Source of the DNA: Callorhinchus milii
Lineage: Eukaryota
Reading direction: 5' to 3'
DNA: 64,000 nt
Assembly: GCF_018977255.1 (NCBI RefSeq)
Contig: NW_024704743.1
Coordinates: 57,414,001 to 57,478,000, forward strand
Under the pieces are notes generated by a model. The model did no database searches and had not been told where the DNA came from. It saw only the letters and a list, made by a program, of their open reading frames with translations. The translations under genes were made by a program, and so were the position numbers. Positions 1 through 13,122 of this stretch are shown piece by piece. The stretch's first letter is position 1, and each line of letters starts with the position of its first letter.

Positions 1-945
1 GGCGGGGGACGTGAAGCAGGCCGGAGCCCGCTGAGCGGAGGGAGCGAACAGGGTGATAGGGGGTTTGGAGGTCAGAGAGGTAGAGGGGAGCATGAGCGTG
101 GAGGGCTTTGAAGGTGAGGACCAGGATCTTGAACTGTATCCTCTGTGTGATGGGAAGCCAGTGGAGTTGGGCGAGGATGGGGATGATAGGGTCGCGGAGC
201 CTGGTCGGGAGAGGACACGGGCTGCATAGTTCTGGATGATCTGCAACCTGTGGATGGAGGAGTTGGAGAGTCTGACATGCAGTGAGTTTGCATAGTCGAG
301 CCTCGATGTTATGAAGGTCTGTATGAGAGTTTCGGGGGCCTGCGGTGTGAGACAGTGATGGAGCTGGGCAACATTGCGGAGGTGGGGGAAGGCAGAGTGG
401 GTCATGGCGTAGATGTGGGGTAGAAAGGATAGTTGAGGGTCAAGCAAGACCCCAAGGTTCCGGACTGGCTTAGTGAGGTGGAGTGTGCAACCATGGATGG
501 TTATTATTATTATTATTATTATGGATGGTGATGCTGTCAGCACCTGAGTTGTGGAGGTGCTGACGGGAGCCAATCAGGAGAGCCTCGGTCTTGTTGACGT
601 TCAACTGAAGAAAGTTAGCTCTCATCCAGGACTTGATGTCTGACAGACATTGTGTCAGGACAGCAGTGGTCCTGGAGTCAAGGGTGGAGGCAGAGAGGTA
701 GAGGTGGGTGTCAACCGCATACATTTGGAAGTTGATCCCGTGTCTATGGAAGATGTCACCAAGAGGGAGCATGTAGAAATTGAAGGACGGAGCCCTGAGG
801 AATGCAGCATGAGATGGTTCTGGGGCTAGAGGAGAAATATTTTGTGGAAATGAAGTGGAGATGGTGTGAGAGGTAGGATCAGAACCATTCAAGGACAGAA
901 CCATGAAGGTTGAGGTGAGAGGAGGTGGATTTAGTGGTCAAGGTT
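1..945 (-). mobile_element. L2-clade LINE fragment (RT core to C-terminal region), decayed
   Basis: [16 protein letters not shown](V/D)DT.LY, CLSDIKSWM..NFLQLN..KTE motifs. Confidence 0.9.
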
Positions 946-1274
946 ATCAAAAGCAGTGATAAAAGATATAAGATAAAGGCTTGATGTGTTAAAGGGATAT
1001 GGCATGACAGTGTGACTGAGAGCAAAGGGCAGACTCGATGGGACAAATGGCCTTCTTCTATGCTGTAAATTTCTATATCTCTATCCTTTACAAGCTTTTG
1101 TGTGGCTGTCTATGGTATAGGCTTAATAGGCTGATTTACTTTTTCACATTTATGTTTCCTCCATTTGTATTAAGTCACTCTGCAGGATGTTGTAAGCACT
1201 ATCACATCCATAACCTTAAACCATCTTTATCTTTTAACTTCAGTTGATCTGCATTGAATATATCAGCACTGGGA

Positions 1275-1625
1275 TGAGAAGGGTTCAGGGAGGGTTTATT
1301 AAAGATAGGAATGATGACAGCGTTTTTTTAAAGGGGTGGGAACAGTACCAGAGAACAGGAAGAGGTTAACAATGTCAGTGAGTAGAGGGGCAAGGAGGTG
1401 GAGATGGGAGGTAAGGAGTGAGGTGGGGATGGGGTCGAAGGAGCAGGTGGTGGGTTCCATACAGGTTATGGTGGTGATGAGCGAGGAGGGAGAGACAGGT
1501 TCAAAGGTGTGGAGGGAGGGGTGGGAGGAGGAGATGGGGAACGGATAGCAGATGCAGTGGCAGCTGAGCGGATGCCCTCGACTTTGGATTCGAGGAAGTC
1601 CAGCATCGCCTCGCAGATTCAGATC
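1275..1625 (-). mobile_element. L2 LINE fragment, region just N-terminal to the RT core
   Basis: Minus-strand translation TTCSFDPIPTSLL...LLTDIVN..LFSGTVP..(frameshift)..AVIIPI.NKPSLNPS. Confidence 0.8.
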
Positions 1626-2074
1626 AAGTGGAAAATGCTGTATGATTCAGGCAGGGATCAGTAGAATGGAAGATATACATTTAGGAGGTAAAACCAGGAG
1701 ATGCATGAATACCATGAATGAGGAGGAAATCGAATGAGAACTAAAGGTGTTAATTCACTTGTCTCTCGCCATGTCGAAACTGTGAGGCAGCACTAAACAA
1801 GGCAAACAGAATGCTGGGCTGCATTGCAAATCAATTAAGTTTGTAACCACAGAAGTTATTCTCAAACCGTAGAGTGCTCTGATCAGGGCATACCTTGAGA
1901 ACTGGATAAGGTTTACTGGTTGCCATGATATAAGGTCATCCACCTAGGAAGCAGAGAATTATTCCAGAGCTATTGTCAGATTAAACCGTCCCTAAAGCAA
2001 ATCTTAACCACCGCCAACAACTTGCAATAAGCGCTCTGGGACGCTATCCTGCGTTAAGGGGGCTATATAACTGT

Positions 2075-2530
2075 AAATTGTTGTTGTTGCATTTATGTAG
2101 CGCCCTTCATGTGGTGTGGCCTCCTGGAGCACTTGACAATGGCAGCGTTTGACAACGAGCAAAGGGAAGAGGGAGGTGACTGTAAGCACTTTCAAAAAGT
2201 AAAAACTTTAGGCAGGTTTTGAAAGTGGGGGAAGGATGGGGCAAGGCGGAGGGTTTGAGGGAGAGAGTTCCAGAGTTTTGAGGCTTAGTGGCTGAAGCCA
2301 CAGCCACTGATGGTCGAACGGAGGAGACAAGGGACAAGCAGGAAGCCGGAGCCAGCCGAGCGGAGGTAGCGGGTGGCAGAGTAGGGAATAAGTAGTTTGT
2401 TTAGGTAGGGAGGTGCCAGGGCATGAAGGGGTTTGAAAGCGAGTGAGAGGATCTTAAAATCAATCTGTTCTGTAATTGGGAGCAGTGGAGCCTGGCAAGC
2501 ACTGGTGTGATGGGGGTACGGAGTTTTGTC
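2075..2530 (-). mobile_element. L2 LINE 3' fragment
   Basis: LPITEQIDFKILSLAFKPLHALAPPYL...YLRSAGS peptide plus CAA-repeat tail. Confidence 0.8.
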
Positions 2531-2870
2531 TGGGTGCATATCCTGCTTACCTAATTCTGGAAAGTAGTGGGCACAGGGTGGAAAGAGCCAAGACTTGGGG
2601 ACCCCAGAATACGTGTTGGGGTACTGCTGGAGTATAACCTCCTATAACCTCATAGCTTGCCATTGATATTGCTTTCTGGCAAGCATTGCTGCTGCTTGTC
2701 CAGCGAGGACCAGCCTACCTATTAAGGCTTTGGCTTGCAGAGTTAACAGGAGCTGAATGGGGTGATTCCCTGCCCACAGTGACTGGTCTGCCCTTCCAAA
2801 TCCTGCTCACGAGCCAGGCTGGCTATGCTGTCATCAGTAATGCCCTGGAATACTGCGGACCATGTTTTTT
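2530..2870 (-). repeat. Copy of an unclassified dispersed repeat (other copies at ~5840-6030, 23490-23890, 33640-34260, 44680-44930, 56020-56170)
   Basis: Shared core CCCA(C/T)TCAGCTCCTGTT(A/G)ACCCTGCAAGCCAAAGCC...GCTGGACAAGCAG in most copies. Several also carry ...GGAATTAGGTAAGC...CCCTCCAGGGAGAG. Strand is arbitrary. Confidence 0.75.
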
Positions 2871-3579
2871 TCTAGAGTGTACTGAACAACAACTGAAACG
2901 TGGAAGAATGATGATAATTGTATTTAGAAGTACTTTGTATTTGTATTCAGTACAAATGTTTAACTGCATTTAGACATCCAGATATCCAGAGGATCAGTGA
3001 ATTATTTTTTGGGCAAACTCACTACGCCTGAAATTCCACTTAATCTTAGCCTGTAAGAACATTTTGTCTTAAACATTAAGATTGGGCAGAATTGTGAAAC
3101 AATTCTTAAATTCAGTCATAATTTTGGAAACTGGTTCTTTTTAAGAGTAGCAGAAAACCTGCTCCAAATTAAGGCAGGATTTAAGAATTTTCCACAATTC
3201 TGCAAACATCTTACATTTTAAGAAAATGTGGGCTTTGAGGGAGGTGGAATTCTGGACTTTTTGATCATAAATCTGAATCCACGCCAGTATATCAATGTTG
3301 AACCATAAAGTGCATAACAATATATTATTTAAAAACAGACTTTGTGTTTGTGAAACCAGCCACATGAGCAATCGGTCACTCACCTCCTGGAGTACAGATG
3401 ATGAATTGTGGTGTTGAAACAGAACAAGCATCTGTATATTTACATACTTTTCATTGTTTGGCTAATGTGGTAACATACACTCTTCCAGGTCAAAATATAT
3501 TGAGGGAACAGCACAATGTTGAAGGTAAACCACCTGTCTGCTCCAATGTTTTAGGTAAATATTAAAGATAATAAATAGT

Positions 3580-4060
3580 AATAAATAATAATAATCCTTG
3601 CATTTGATATAGCACTTTTCACATCTTCTAGACGTCTCAAAGCACTTCACAGAATAGACTATAAAGTGAATTGACTGTATATTTGTGGGAAAAATAAATA
3701 ATAATCATCATTCATGCATTTAATATAGCGCACTTCACAATTGGAAGGCATTCTCAAAGCAATTCAAATAATTAATTATAAAGTGTTGTGACCATGTATT
3801 TTGTAGGCGAACCAAGCTACCGAATTAGTGAACCCTGAGAGAAAACTCCATTCTCATTTTGAATAGGCTCATGAACAGGCAAATGGGACCTTGGTTTAAC
3901 ATTTCTTCTGAAGGATGGTACCTTCAACAATGAAGTACCCCCTCAGCATCACATTGGGTTGTCAGCCTAGACTATAAGTTCAAAATCCTGATGTAGGGCT
4001 TGAATCCATAACCTTCTGCATCAAGAATGCTACCAAGTGAGCCAGGCTGACACCAGGACC
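3580..4060 (-). mobile_element. Cluster of decayed Deu-domain SINE fragments
   Basis: (ATT)n tail plus the AATCCTTGCATTTGATATAGC end shared with other SINE copies; tRNA-like head remnant near 3990-4050. Confidence 0.7.
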
Positions 4061-4879
4061 TCCTGACTTAGGAACTAAACTACCGAGACAAATACATAGG
4101 GTTGACTTGATTCCAACATTCTGTTGCCAAGCACATCACCTTGGAACAAGCTCAGCTTTAAGGAACCCCCGATTACCTCCCTGAAGGACGATAGTATCAT
4201 CCATATACATTACCTCTGATCCAGAGTCTTCGTTGACATTTTCTACAGATCAAATTCATCCAGTTCCACAACTTCTCATGTTTTCGTATTCTTCAGCACA
4301 CATGATTTTTTAAAAGAATTTATAACTTAAACATTAAGTAATAAGAAATATGTTAAGAAATACCACAAATGAGAACCTTTAGTGCTTAGTAGATATGCAC
4401 TATGTAAATATAATTGGGAATCAAACAAAGAATCTTTAATGGGGACAATTACAGTCATAGTTCAAGATATTACTGGAATGTCAATGCAATTAAACCCATG
4501 CAACTGCCTTGGCATTCCCAGATAAACTTGCCTTTCCACATTTAATGAGATCCCGATTGTACTGAGACATGACACATTTATCTTGTATATTACAAGCAAC
4601 CTAATATTTAACATTTCATGCCTCTGAATTTGGTCACAGTCTTTTCTCCATGCCGCCTCAGATCTTGACCATATCCAATACTCCCATGTGTATGTTTATT
4701 GCAAGTCTAGATGGAGACACAGACAGACTACAACTTTATATAGTGTCCTTCCTGTGGGCAGCATGTAGGAGTGCTTAACAATATCAGAGCTTGATGATGA
4801 GCTGGGGAGAGAGTGGAGTTGACCGTAGAGATAGTTTAAGAGACAGGAAAAGTAAATCAGAGAAATAGTGAATAGAAGC

Positions 4880-5670
4880 AGAGAAAATTAATGTATTTGA
4901 TATAGCGCCTTTCACCTCAGCAGAGCATCTCAAGGCACTTCATGGGATTTAGTATTTTGTAGGCTATGTATTTTGTAGGAAAACATGGCACACAACAATA
5001 ATAATCATAATAATAATAAAAATAATCTTCAAGATGTCTCAAAGCGCTTCACAGAATTTATTGTAAAATGAATTGACTGTATATTTTGTAGGCAATACGT
5101 GGCAGCCAATTGCACACAGTTGTGGATTGAGTGACCAATTTTTGTTATAATTTTTTTAAGGGATTTTTACCCCTGGAAAAGTGATTCGCCAATCGACTAA
5201 CAACCGGGTTCCTACTTATGCTAGGTAACCAGAGGTGTGTGGAGTAAGGAAACTTGCCCAATGTTTCATCCTGCCTAGTAATCAAACCCAGGTCCTCTCG
5301 CTTGTGAGGCGAGTGGTCTAAGAAACACTAATTGTCCAGCACCTTTGAAAGGCGCTTTACAAATGTAATGTTGTTGTACTAACCACTAAGCTTCAGGACT
5401 CCACAATGACCATCAACAATCATGAAATGATTGAAATTCCCTTCTCTTTTCAAATAATCCCATGTAATCTTTAACATCCATTTGAACATGAAGTTGAGAC
5501 CTCAGTTTAATGTCTCATCCGAAAACAGTATCTCCAACAGTGTGGCAACCCCCCCAGCACTGTATTGTAGTGTTAGCCTAAACTGTGAGATCAGTGATGT
5601 GAAGTTGGGTTTAAACCCACAACCTCCTGAGTCAAAGGTGAGAGCATTACCAACTGAACCATGCTGACAC
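4880..5670 (-). mobile_element. Nested tRNA/Deu SINE copies
   Basis: GGCAGCCAATTGCACACAG core, GTGGAGTAAGGAAACTTGCC segment and tRNA-like heads. Confidence 0.75.
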
Positions 5671-8364
5671 ATGAAAGCTCAAGAAAGAGAGAGAGAGATT
5701 TAGCAAGAGATTAGAACAGGAAAGAGATTGACAAAAAAAGGAATATTTTTGCTGCTTCTTTACAATTGGAAACCCCATAAATTCTATTACATTGTTATAC
5801 ACTATACCACATATAAGTAATTCAATCTCTGCATTTGTTTTGGTCAGTCTGACACATGTGGAAACCAATCACTAGGCATAAGAGTATCCAAACTAAACTG
5901 ACTTCTATGCATTCCACCTATACATAGAAATTCCAGTGTATTTAGAATGGAATGTGCATTCTCTCCCAGGAGGGACACATCCTGCTTACCTCCTTCCGGA
6001 GACTATTAGGCACTGGCTAGGAATCTCTGCATAAGTACAACAGTAATCAGGACTTTTGAACATTCAACAGATGAAACTGTGGCATGTATTTCTACCCATG
6101 AATCCTATTACTGTTTAACTGCCCAATTATTATACAATTATACATTGTGCGATTGTTATAATTCTGAAGCAGATGACTAAATGCTGACAAAGGCACAAGG
6201 TGATAAATGATTCCTTTAATCAGCTCAAAATACCTTAATTCAGTGTAAAGTTTTGACCATTAATCATTGAATCATGATCTGCCACTGCCCCATGTGGAGG
6301 GTTCTAAATAAATGCAGTTGTTCTTGTTGTTGTCACATCTCTGTGTATTCCCTCAGTATCACAGAAGGTAGCAGATTCAATTCTGGTTTGTCCTGTTCTC
6401 ATCAGGGGCAACAAATAGCTTTAGCAGCCCTGGGCAAGAGAACACTTCAAATTGCTTTGAATGGTCCTGCTGTAAATTTTACATATGGATGTCAAGTGAA
6501 AACAGCTTTAGTTTATACGACAATACCTTCTACAGAAGAATGTGATAGTTATCACTGGTGATAATGATTAACAATTCACAAGACTCATGTTTCACTGCAT
6601 TAACTACTTGCTTTCAAGGCATTTTTAACATTCCCTTGACAATGACTGGTGTCCTGGCCAAATAGCCTGTCTAGATAAATTGCGCATTCACCTACCAGTT
6701 CGGTATCTAGTGATTGATTCCCTGATAAATCATTATTATTATCCTTCTGTTCCTGGTTTCAAAACACTATTAAAACTTATCTCTTTGACAATGTTTTTGG
6801 TCAACATCCTCAAACACCTCTTCCTTGCTTTCCTGCTCAGTAATCCTTATCGTCTTTCTAAACTGCTTCAAGAGGTTCACTCTACGTTAAAAAAGTACTG
6901 CACTATAAGAGTCCAAGTTGTTGTTGCCTCTGTCTGTCCCCAACCATGAAAATACAACAAATTACATCAAACACTACAGCACGGAAACAGGCGATTCAGT
7001 CCAACTAGTCCAAAACAGCTTTAACGACCCTCAACCCTCCTGTATTGTATAAATTGTATTGTACTCCCTTTGCCAGACTCCACTTTTCCCTCTCCATAAT
7101 GTATGCAACAAATTTCCTTATACGTGTTGATGCCTTTTGCTTCAACCATATCTTCTAACAGCAAGTTCCATATTTTCACCACCTGCTTTGGTTTTTGAGG
7201 ACGACAAAATAGCTGGGTAACAAAAGGCACTTTATTTTGAAAGGTGCAACTGTAAAGAATAGGCGGTAGATGTTCAAGGCAGTTGTGTGTGGAATTATTG
7301 TGAATACAATAAAGAAAATAATAATAATAATAATTCTGACATTTGGAACAGCACCTTTAATGTCTGAAGGACATCCCAATGCATTTCACAGGATAAGTAG
7401 TAAAACTCATGTAAGTCATATTACTCGGGACCATATGACTTACAAGAAGTCCGAGTTGCAGGCTAATTGTATAAATCATATAAAATCCAATTTAATTAAT
7501 AATCTACACTGCATAATTCAAAGCAGACAGTAAGTGCCACATGCACACTTCCCGACAAGCATTGGAATCACATCGAATCACAGGAAATTAAGTTCGTACA
7601 TGAGTCACCGGATCAAGATGTAATTTCCCACGATTCCATGCAGCCGGTAAGTACAGGAGTAATGGAGGGTAGGGGAGCAGCATTGCAGTGGTGTAGTAGT
7701 GCAAAGAAATCTAAGTGATTTTGTTGGGAAACCAAATGGGATCTGGGATTTGTACAACTTAAGCGATTATACGATTTAAAAGATAAGACTGTACTACAAA
7801 GCATATGTTTTGTGGGCAAAAGGGGCAGCTAATTTGTGCAAACTAATAACCCACAAACAGTAATGATCAAATTTGTCATAGCTGAATGATTGGACTGATT
7901 AAAAGATGGACACAAAAATAATGTAGACCGAGCTTTAAAATAATTTTAAAAGTAAATTCTGAAAGAATAAACAGTGTGTGATATTTGGCTGCCGCATTTT
8001 CTCACAAAAACGTTAACAAAAATTCTCTTGGCAAAATTAGAAAAGAACAACTGTTTTGTAGCAGTATGAGATAATCCACATGTACTGTGTGAAATGAAAG
8101 TTTTTTTTCAGATGCAGTTTACATACTGCAGCGTGTTAATAGAAGGATTGATTGAAAGATGGGCCAGAAGAAAATACTTTTGGGCAACTAAACTATTTTC
8201 ATGCTCATCTTTAAATTAGTCCATTTATTAAATTCACAGTTTCGAGTTGACTGCTCAGGATTTTAATATATTCTGCATTGGGAAAATCTTGCTGGTTTTG
8301 CCCATGGCTCAGTTGGAAGCTTTGGTCTTCCTTCTGGCAGCTACAGTTTTAATCATCATAAAAA

Positions 8365-8770
8365 CAATCCTTGCATTTGATATATTACTTTTCACATCAG
8401 GAGGACGTCTCAAAGCACTTAACAGGATTTACTGTAAAGAATAATGTATTTTGTGAATGAATGCAGCAGCCAATTTGCAAACAACGTCACTTAAACAGTC
8501 ATGAAGTGAATGCTTAATTTTATTTCTGGGATTGGTGGCCAGGACACTGGGAGAAATCCCCTTCACTTTTCAAGTAGTGCCATGAGATCTTTATCATTCA
8601 CCTGAACAGCCAGGCAGGACCTCAGGTTAACGTTTAATTTGAAACAATGCATCTCAAGTGATGCTGTATTCCCCCAGAACCGTACTGGAATATTAGCCTG
8701 CACTGTGAGTTCAGAGTCCAGATGTTGGCCTTGAATCCATAACCCTTTGACTCCAAGGTGAGAATCTTAC
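8365..8770 (-). mobile_element. Deu-domain SINE
   Basis: Tail, GCAGCCAATTTGC core, TAGTGCCATG(A/G)GATCTTT motif and tRNA-like head. Confidence 0.7.
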
Positions 8771-9087
8771 CAATCCTTACCCGGCTCCACTGGCTCCCCA
8801 TCCCCCATTTCCAGAGGATTAAATTCAAGATCCTCTCCTCACTTTTAAATCCCTCCATGTTCTTGCCCCACTCTAGCTCCGCTACCTTCTTAACTCTACC
8901 AATCCGCCCATTTATTACCAACTCACTCCATGAGGCAGGCACTGGCCCTGCTTGCCCCACCATTGACGGTTGGCCTTTCAGTTTATCTGTTCCACCCTCT
9001 GGAACTCCATCACGTCCCTCCACCTCACCCCCTCCATTGCTTCCTTCAAGGCCCATCTCAGGACCTTGCTCTTCAACCATGCCTTCG
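8770..9087 (+). mobile_element. L2 LINE 3' fragment
   Basis: PILTRLHWLPI..RIKFKIL peptide. Confidence 0.8.
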
Positions 9088-10950
9088 ATCATAGAATCAT
9101 ACAGCACAGAAAGAAGCCATTCGGCCCATCGTGTCTGCGCTGGCTCCGAAAAGAGCAATCGAACTTAATCCCAATGGCACGCTTTCTCTCCATAGCCCTG
9201 CAATCTTATCCTCCCAAAATACCCATCTAGTTCTCTCTTAAAAGTTGTTATTGAATCGGTTTCCACTACCCTTTCAGGTATTCCAGATCCGAACAACTTG
9301 CTGGGTCAAAAAACATTTCCTAACCTCCCTTCTGTTTCTTTTAACAACTAAATCAGTGTCCTCGGGTTACTGACCTACATGGCAGTGGAAAGTTTTTCCC
9401 GGTTCAACCTATCAAGTCCTCTCATGATCTTGAAAACCTCTATTAAATCCCCTTTTAATCTTCTCTGCTCCAGGGAGAATAATTCTAGTTTCGGTAACCT
9501 CTCCTCATAACTTAGGTCCTTCATTCCTGGTACCATCCTGGTAAACCTCCTTTGCACCCTCTCCAATGCCCTAACATCTTTCTTAAAGTGCGGTGCCCAG
9601 AACTGAACGCAGTACTCCAACTGAGGCCTAACCGGCATTTTATAAATATTCTCCTGAATTCTATGGCCCTATTTATGAAACCTAGTATCCCGTATGCTTT
9701 TCAACAGCTTTATTTACTTGTCTTGCCACCTTCATTCTGTTCATTTGTCCCCTTTAAGATTGTACCATCTAGCTTATAATGCCACTCCTCATTCTTCCTA
9801 CCAAAATGCAACACTTCGCATTTCTCCACATTAAACCTCATCTGCAGCGTTTCTGCCCATTTTACCAATCTGTCTAAGTCCTCTTGGAGTCTGGGCTATC
9901 CTTGTCACCGTTAACCACTTTCCTAGCTTAGTATTGTCTGCAAATTTGGAAATTGTGCTCCCTATATCCAGGTCCAGATCATTAATATGATCAGAAACAG
10001 CAGTGGTTCCAATACTGATCCCTGAGGGGCACCACTACACAGCTCCCTCCAGTCAGAAAAGCAACCATTTACTACCACTCTCTGTTTTCTGTCTCCTAGC
10101 CAGCTGGATCCATGTTGCCACAGTCCTTTTAATACCGTGGGCTTCTATTAAGTCTCTTATGTGGCACTTTGTCAAATGCCTTTTGAAAATCTAGATAAAC
10201 TATGTTTACTGCACTACCTTCATCCACCCTCTCAGTCACTTCATCAAAAAATTCTATTAGGATTGTCAGACACGATCTGCCTTTAACAAATCTGTATTGA
10301 CTGTCCTTTATTAAACCATATTTTTCTAAGTGAGAATTTATATTATAATAATAATAATAATAATCCTTGCATTTGATATAGCGCTTTTCACGTCGGGAGG
10401 ACATCCCAAAGCGCTTCACAGAAGTGAAGTGCAAAGTGAATTGACTGTATATTTGTATATTTGTATATTTGTGGGCGAACGCGGCAGCCAATTGCGCACA
10501 GCAATGTCCCACAAACAGTTGTAGATTGAAAATGACCAATTTATTATTGCTTTTTGTTTTGGAGGGATTATTATTTGGTGTGTGGAGTAAGGAAACTTGC
10601 CTAAGGTTTCGCCCTGCCTGGAATTGAACTCAGGTCTCTCACTTGCAAAGCGAGTGCTCTAACCACTGAGCTACAGGATTATAGTATCCATAAGTTTCCC
10701 TACAACTGATGTTAGGCTGATTGGCCTGTAGTTCTCAGGTTTATCTTTCTACCCCTTTTTATACAGGGGAGTAACATTTGCACTACTCCAGTGTCCAAAG
10801 AGGATTGAAAGATTGTGGCCAGAGCCTCTGCTATTTCCACCCATGCTTCCCTCAGTAACCTAGGTTGCATCCTGTCCGGACCAGGTGACTTATCTATTTT
10901 GAGCAGCGACATTCTTTTTAGTACCTCCTCTCCAAATGTACTTTTATCAT
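9088..10950 (-). mobile_element. CR1-clade LINE, 5'-truncated, with internal deletions, interrupted by a SINE
   Basis: KSPGPD.MQPRLLRE; KYGLIKDSQ..FVKGRSCLT.LIEFFDEVT..VDEG.AV..VYLDFQKAFDKVPH; VRPQLEYCVQFWAPHFKKD..ALERVQRRFT; tail ..TGTGCTGTATGATTCTATGAT. Confidence 0.92.
10340..10678 (-). mobile_element. Near full-length tRNA-derived Deu SINE inserted in the CR1
   Basis: Head with A box (TAGCTCAGTGG) and B box (GAGTTCAATTCC), GCTGTGCGCAATTGGCTGCCGCGTT core, L2-like 3' end, (ATT)n tail. Confidence 0.88.
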
Positions 10951-12059
10951 ATCCAATTTCTGTTCAAGCCCTGCGATATTGTGGTATTGATTGCATCATC
11001 TTCCCACCTCCATCCCCCTTGCCCGGTACCCATCTTCATTCCCAACAATCAACTGAAGTGCAAACCCTTCATTGTCCAGGCCTTGTGACATCCTTCTGAT
11101 GTGAAAGGCGTTATATAAATGTAATTTATTGTTGTTATAATATTACAAAAGGCTGTGGTCTTCTCTTTGTCAAAGGGTTTGTAGTGTGCTATTTGCTAGC
11201 TGTAGCAACATATTTATTGTGCCTTTATAACAACAACAAAATTACATTTTTTAAAGGACCTTTCACGTCGGGTGGACGTCCCATAAATGAAATTTGTTTA
11301 CATAGCAGGAAGCTGCTAAAATGTTATCTATTGGTGGTGGTGTTTCATAAAGAGAGTATCAGAATCAGCATAAAGCTCCATCTGTCCGGAAAAAAGCTGG
11401 CCTGCAAACCATCATCCGTCTTATTCTCCAACTTTTGTTTTCAGACTTTCTAGTTATTCAAAATTCACAATTAGTTAGTAAGCATATCTCTCAATTCAAT
11501 ATTTATAAAACAGACATTGCAATGAATGTATTGAATCTGGTTTGTGAAGATTGTAAAATAGACAGTGTAATTATACCATAGCGTGATTGATAGTTTTCTC
11601 CCTTTTATCTCCTGACAGAGAAGCAGGCTGAATCGTTCAGGGTGAATAACTGCAGCTTTATCCTTTGATGGCTGCTTCTATCTTAGAGTCTGTTGTGGGT
11701 CACCAGCCTAAGTCTTTCCTATAATACCCTGGTTACTCTCATGGTCAAGATCAATAGTCTTCTCAAAAGATACATGTGCCTTCAAAAGATGAAAGGATTG
11801 TTAAAGAATAGTCAGCTCCAAAGTGCTGTGATCTTGATTGAGGTTGAAATCCTGGTCAAATTTCAGTGCTATTTTCTGGTAGGAAAAGGTATTAGGGTAA
11901 AATCGCATCTGAAGAAGAACAGTGAATTATTCCAGCGTCCTGGTCGATATTCCTCCCTCATTCAAGTTCAGTGTAATACAGATTGAATTTGGTCACTTGT
12001 CTCATTGCTGTTGAAGGACATTGCTGCTGAAGATTAGCTGTCTTCTTTTGCCTATATAG

Positions 12060-12820
12060 CAACAACAACAAGATTACATTTGTATAACGCCTTTCACGTC
12101 GGGAGGACATCCCAAGGCGCTGGACAGAGTACAGCATTTCAGACCCGAGCTGGGATCAGGGGAAGGGAGGGCAGGGGAAGGGGGGTGGCCGATGGCACGA
12201 TCGAAGAGGTGGGTCTTGAGGCAGGACTTGAAGGAGGCTAAGGAGGGGGCGAGGCAGATGGGATGGAATTCCAGAGGTTGGGGGTAGAGTGGCTGAAGGC
12301 TCTCCCACCAATGGTGGGGCGGGTGGGTCAGGGGACGTGGAGCAGGCCAGAGTCGGCTGAGCGGAGGGAGCAGGTGGGTTGGTAGGAATTAGGAGGTCGC
12401 AGTGGTAAGGTGGGGTGAAGCTATGGAGGGCTTTGTAGGTGAGGACCAGGATCTTGAACTGGATCCTCTGAAGGATAGGGAGCCAGTAGAGTTGGGCGAG
12501 AGTGGGGGTGATGGGGTCACGGAGTTTGGTGCGGGAGAGGACATGGGCTGCAGATTTCTGGATTATCTGCAGTCTGTGGAGGGAGGAGTTGGGAAGGCCG
12601 ACAAGCAGAGAGTTTGAATAGTCGAGCCTGGAGGTGATGAAGCATGAACAAGTGTTTCAGCGGCCTGAGGGGTGAGGTAGTGGCGGAGTCGAGCGATGTT
12701 ACGGAGGTGAGGGAAGGCAGAGCGGGTCATGGCTTGAATGTGGGGGAGAAAAGACAGTTGAGGGTTGAACAAGACACCTAGGTTCCTGACTGGCTTGGTG
12801 GGTTGTAGTGTGCAATCATG
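12060..12820 (-). mobile_element. L2 LINE 3' portion with (TTG)n tail
   Basis: FNPQLSFLPHI...HLRNIARLRHYLT..AAETLVHA. Confidence 0.9.
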
Positions 12821-12996
12821 GAGGTTGCAATATCATTAATTTCAAAGTAACTTATTATGTGAGGCAATTTAGGTGTTTTGACATGGCACACCTATATTAA
12901 ATGCTACTGCTGCAAAATTAGTATTATTAAAGATTGGTGAATTGTGTTTCTCTTTGTTGTATGTAGAGTTGTGAAGACTTGATGATCGGTACATAT

Positions 12997-13122
12997 GGGC
13001 TGAATTTCTGGTTAGTGTTATGTGTAGTGCCTTTGGCAATGCAAAATTATTACAGAGAAAATCCCATTTGTAGCCAACATTACCAAAGGTTCTATGTATA
13101 AGGCCAACCAGAATTTCAGCTC
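12997..13122. mobile_element. Hairpin MITE-like element with 45-bp imperfect terminal inverted repeats
   Basis: Arm 12997-13041 GGGCTGAATTTCTGGTTAG..CCTTTGGCAATG pairs with arm 13078-13122. Confidence 0.7.

Noticed and set aside
1038..1247. Duplicated small gene (near-identical 69-aa ORF also at 17501-17710)
   Set aside because: The identity is explained by the recent DNA duplication; the ORF starts inside a retroposon tail fragment and has no recognisable features.
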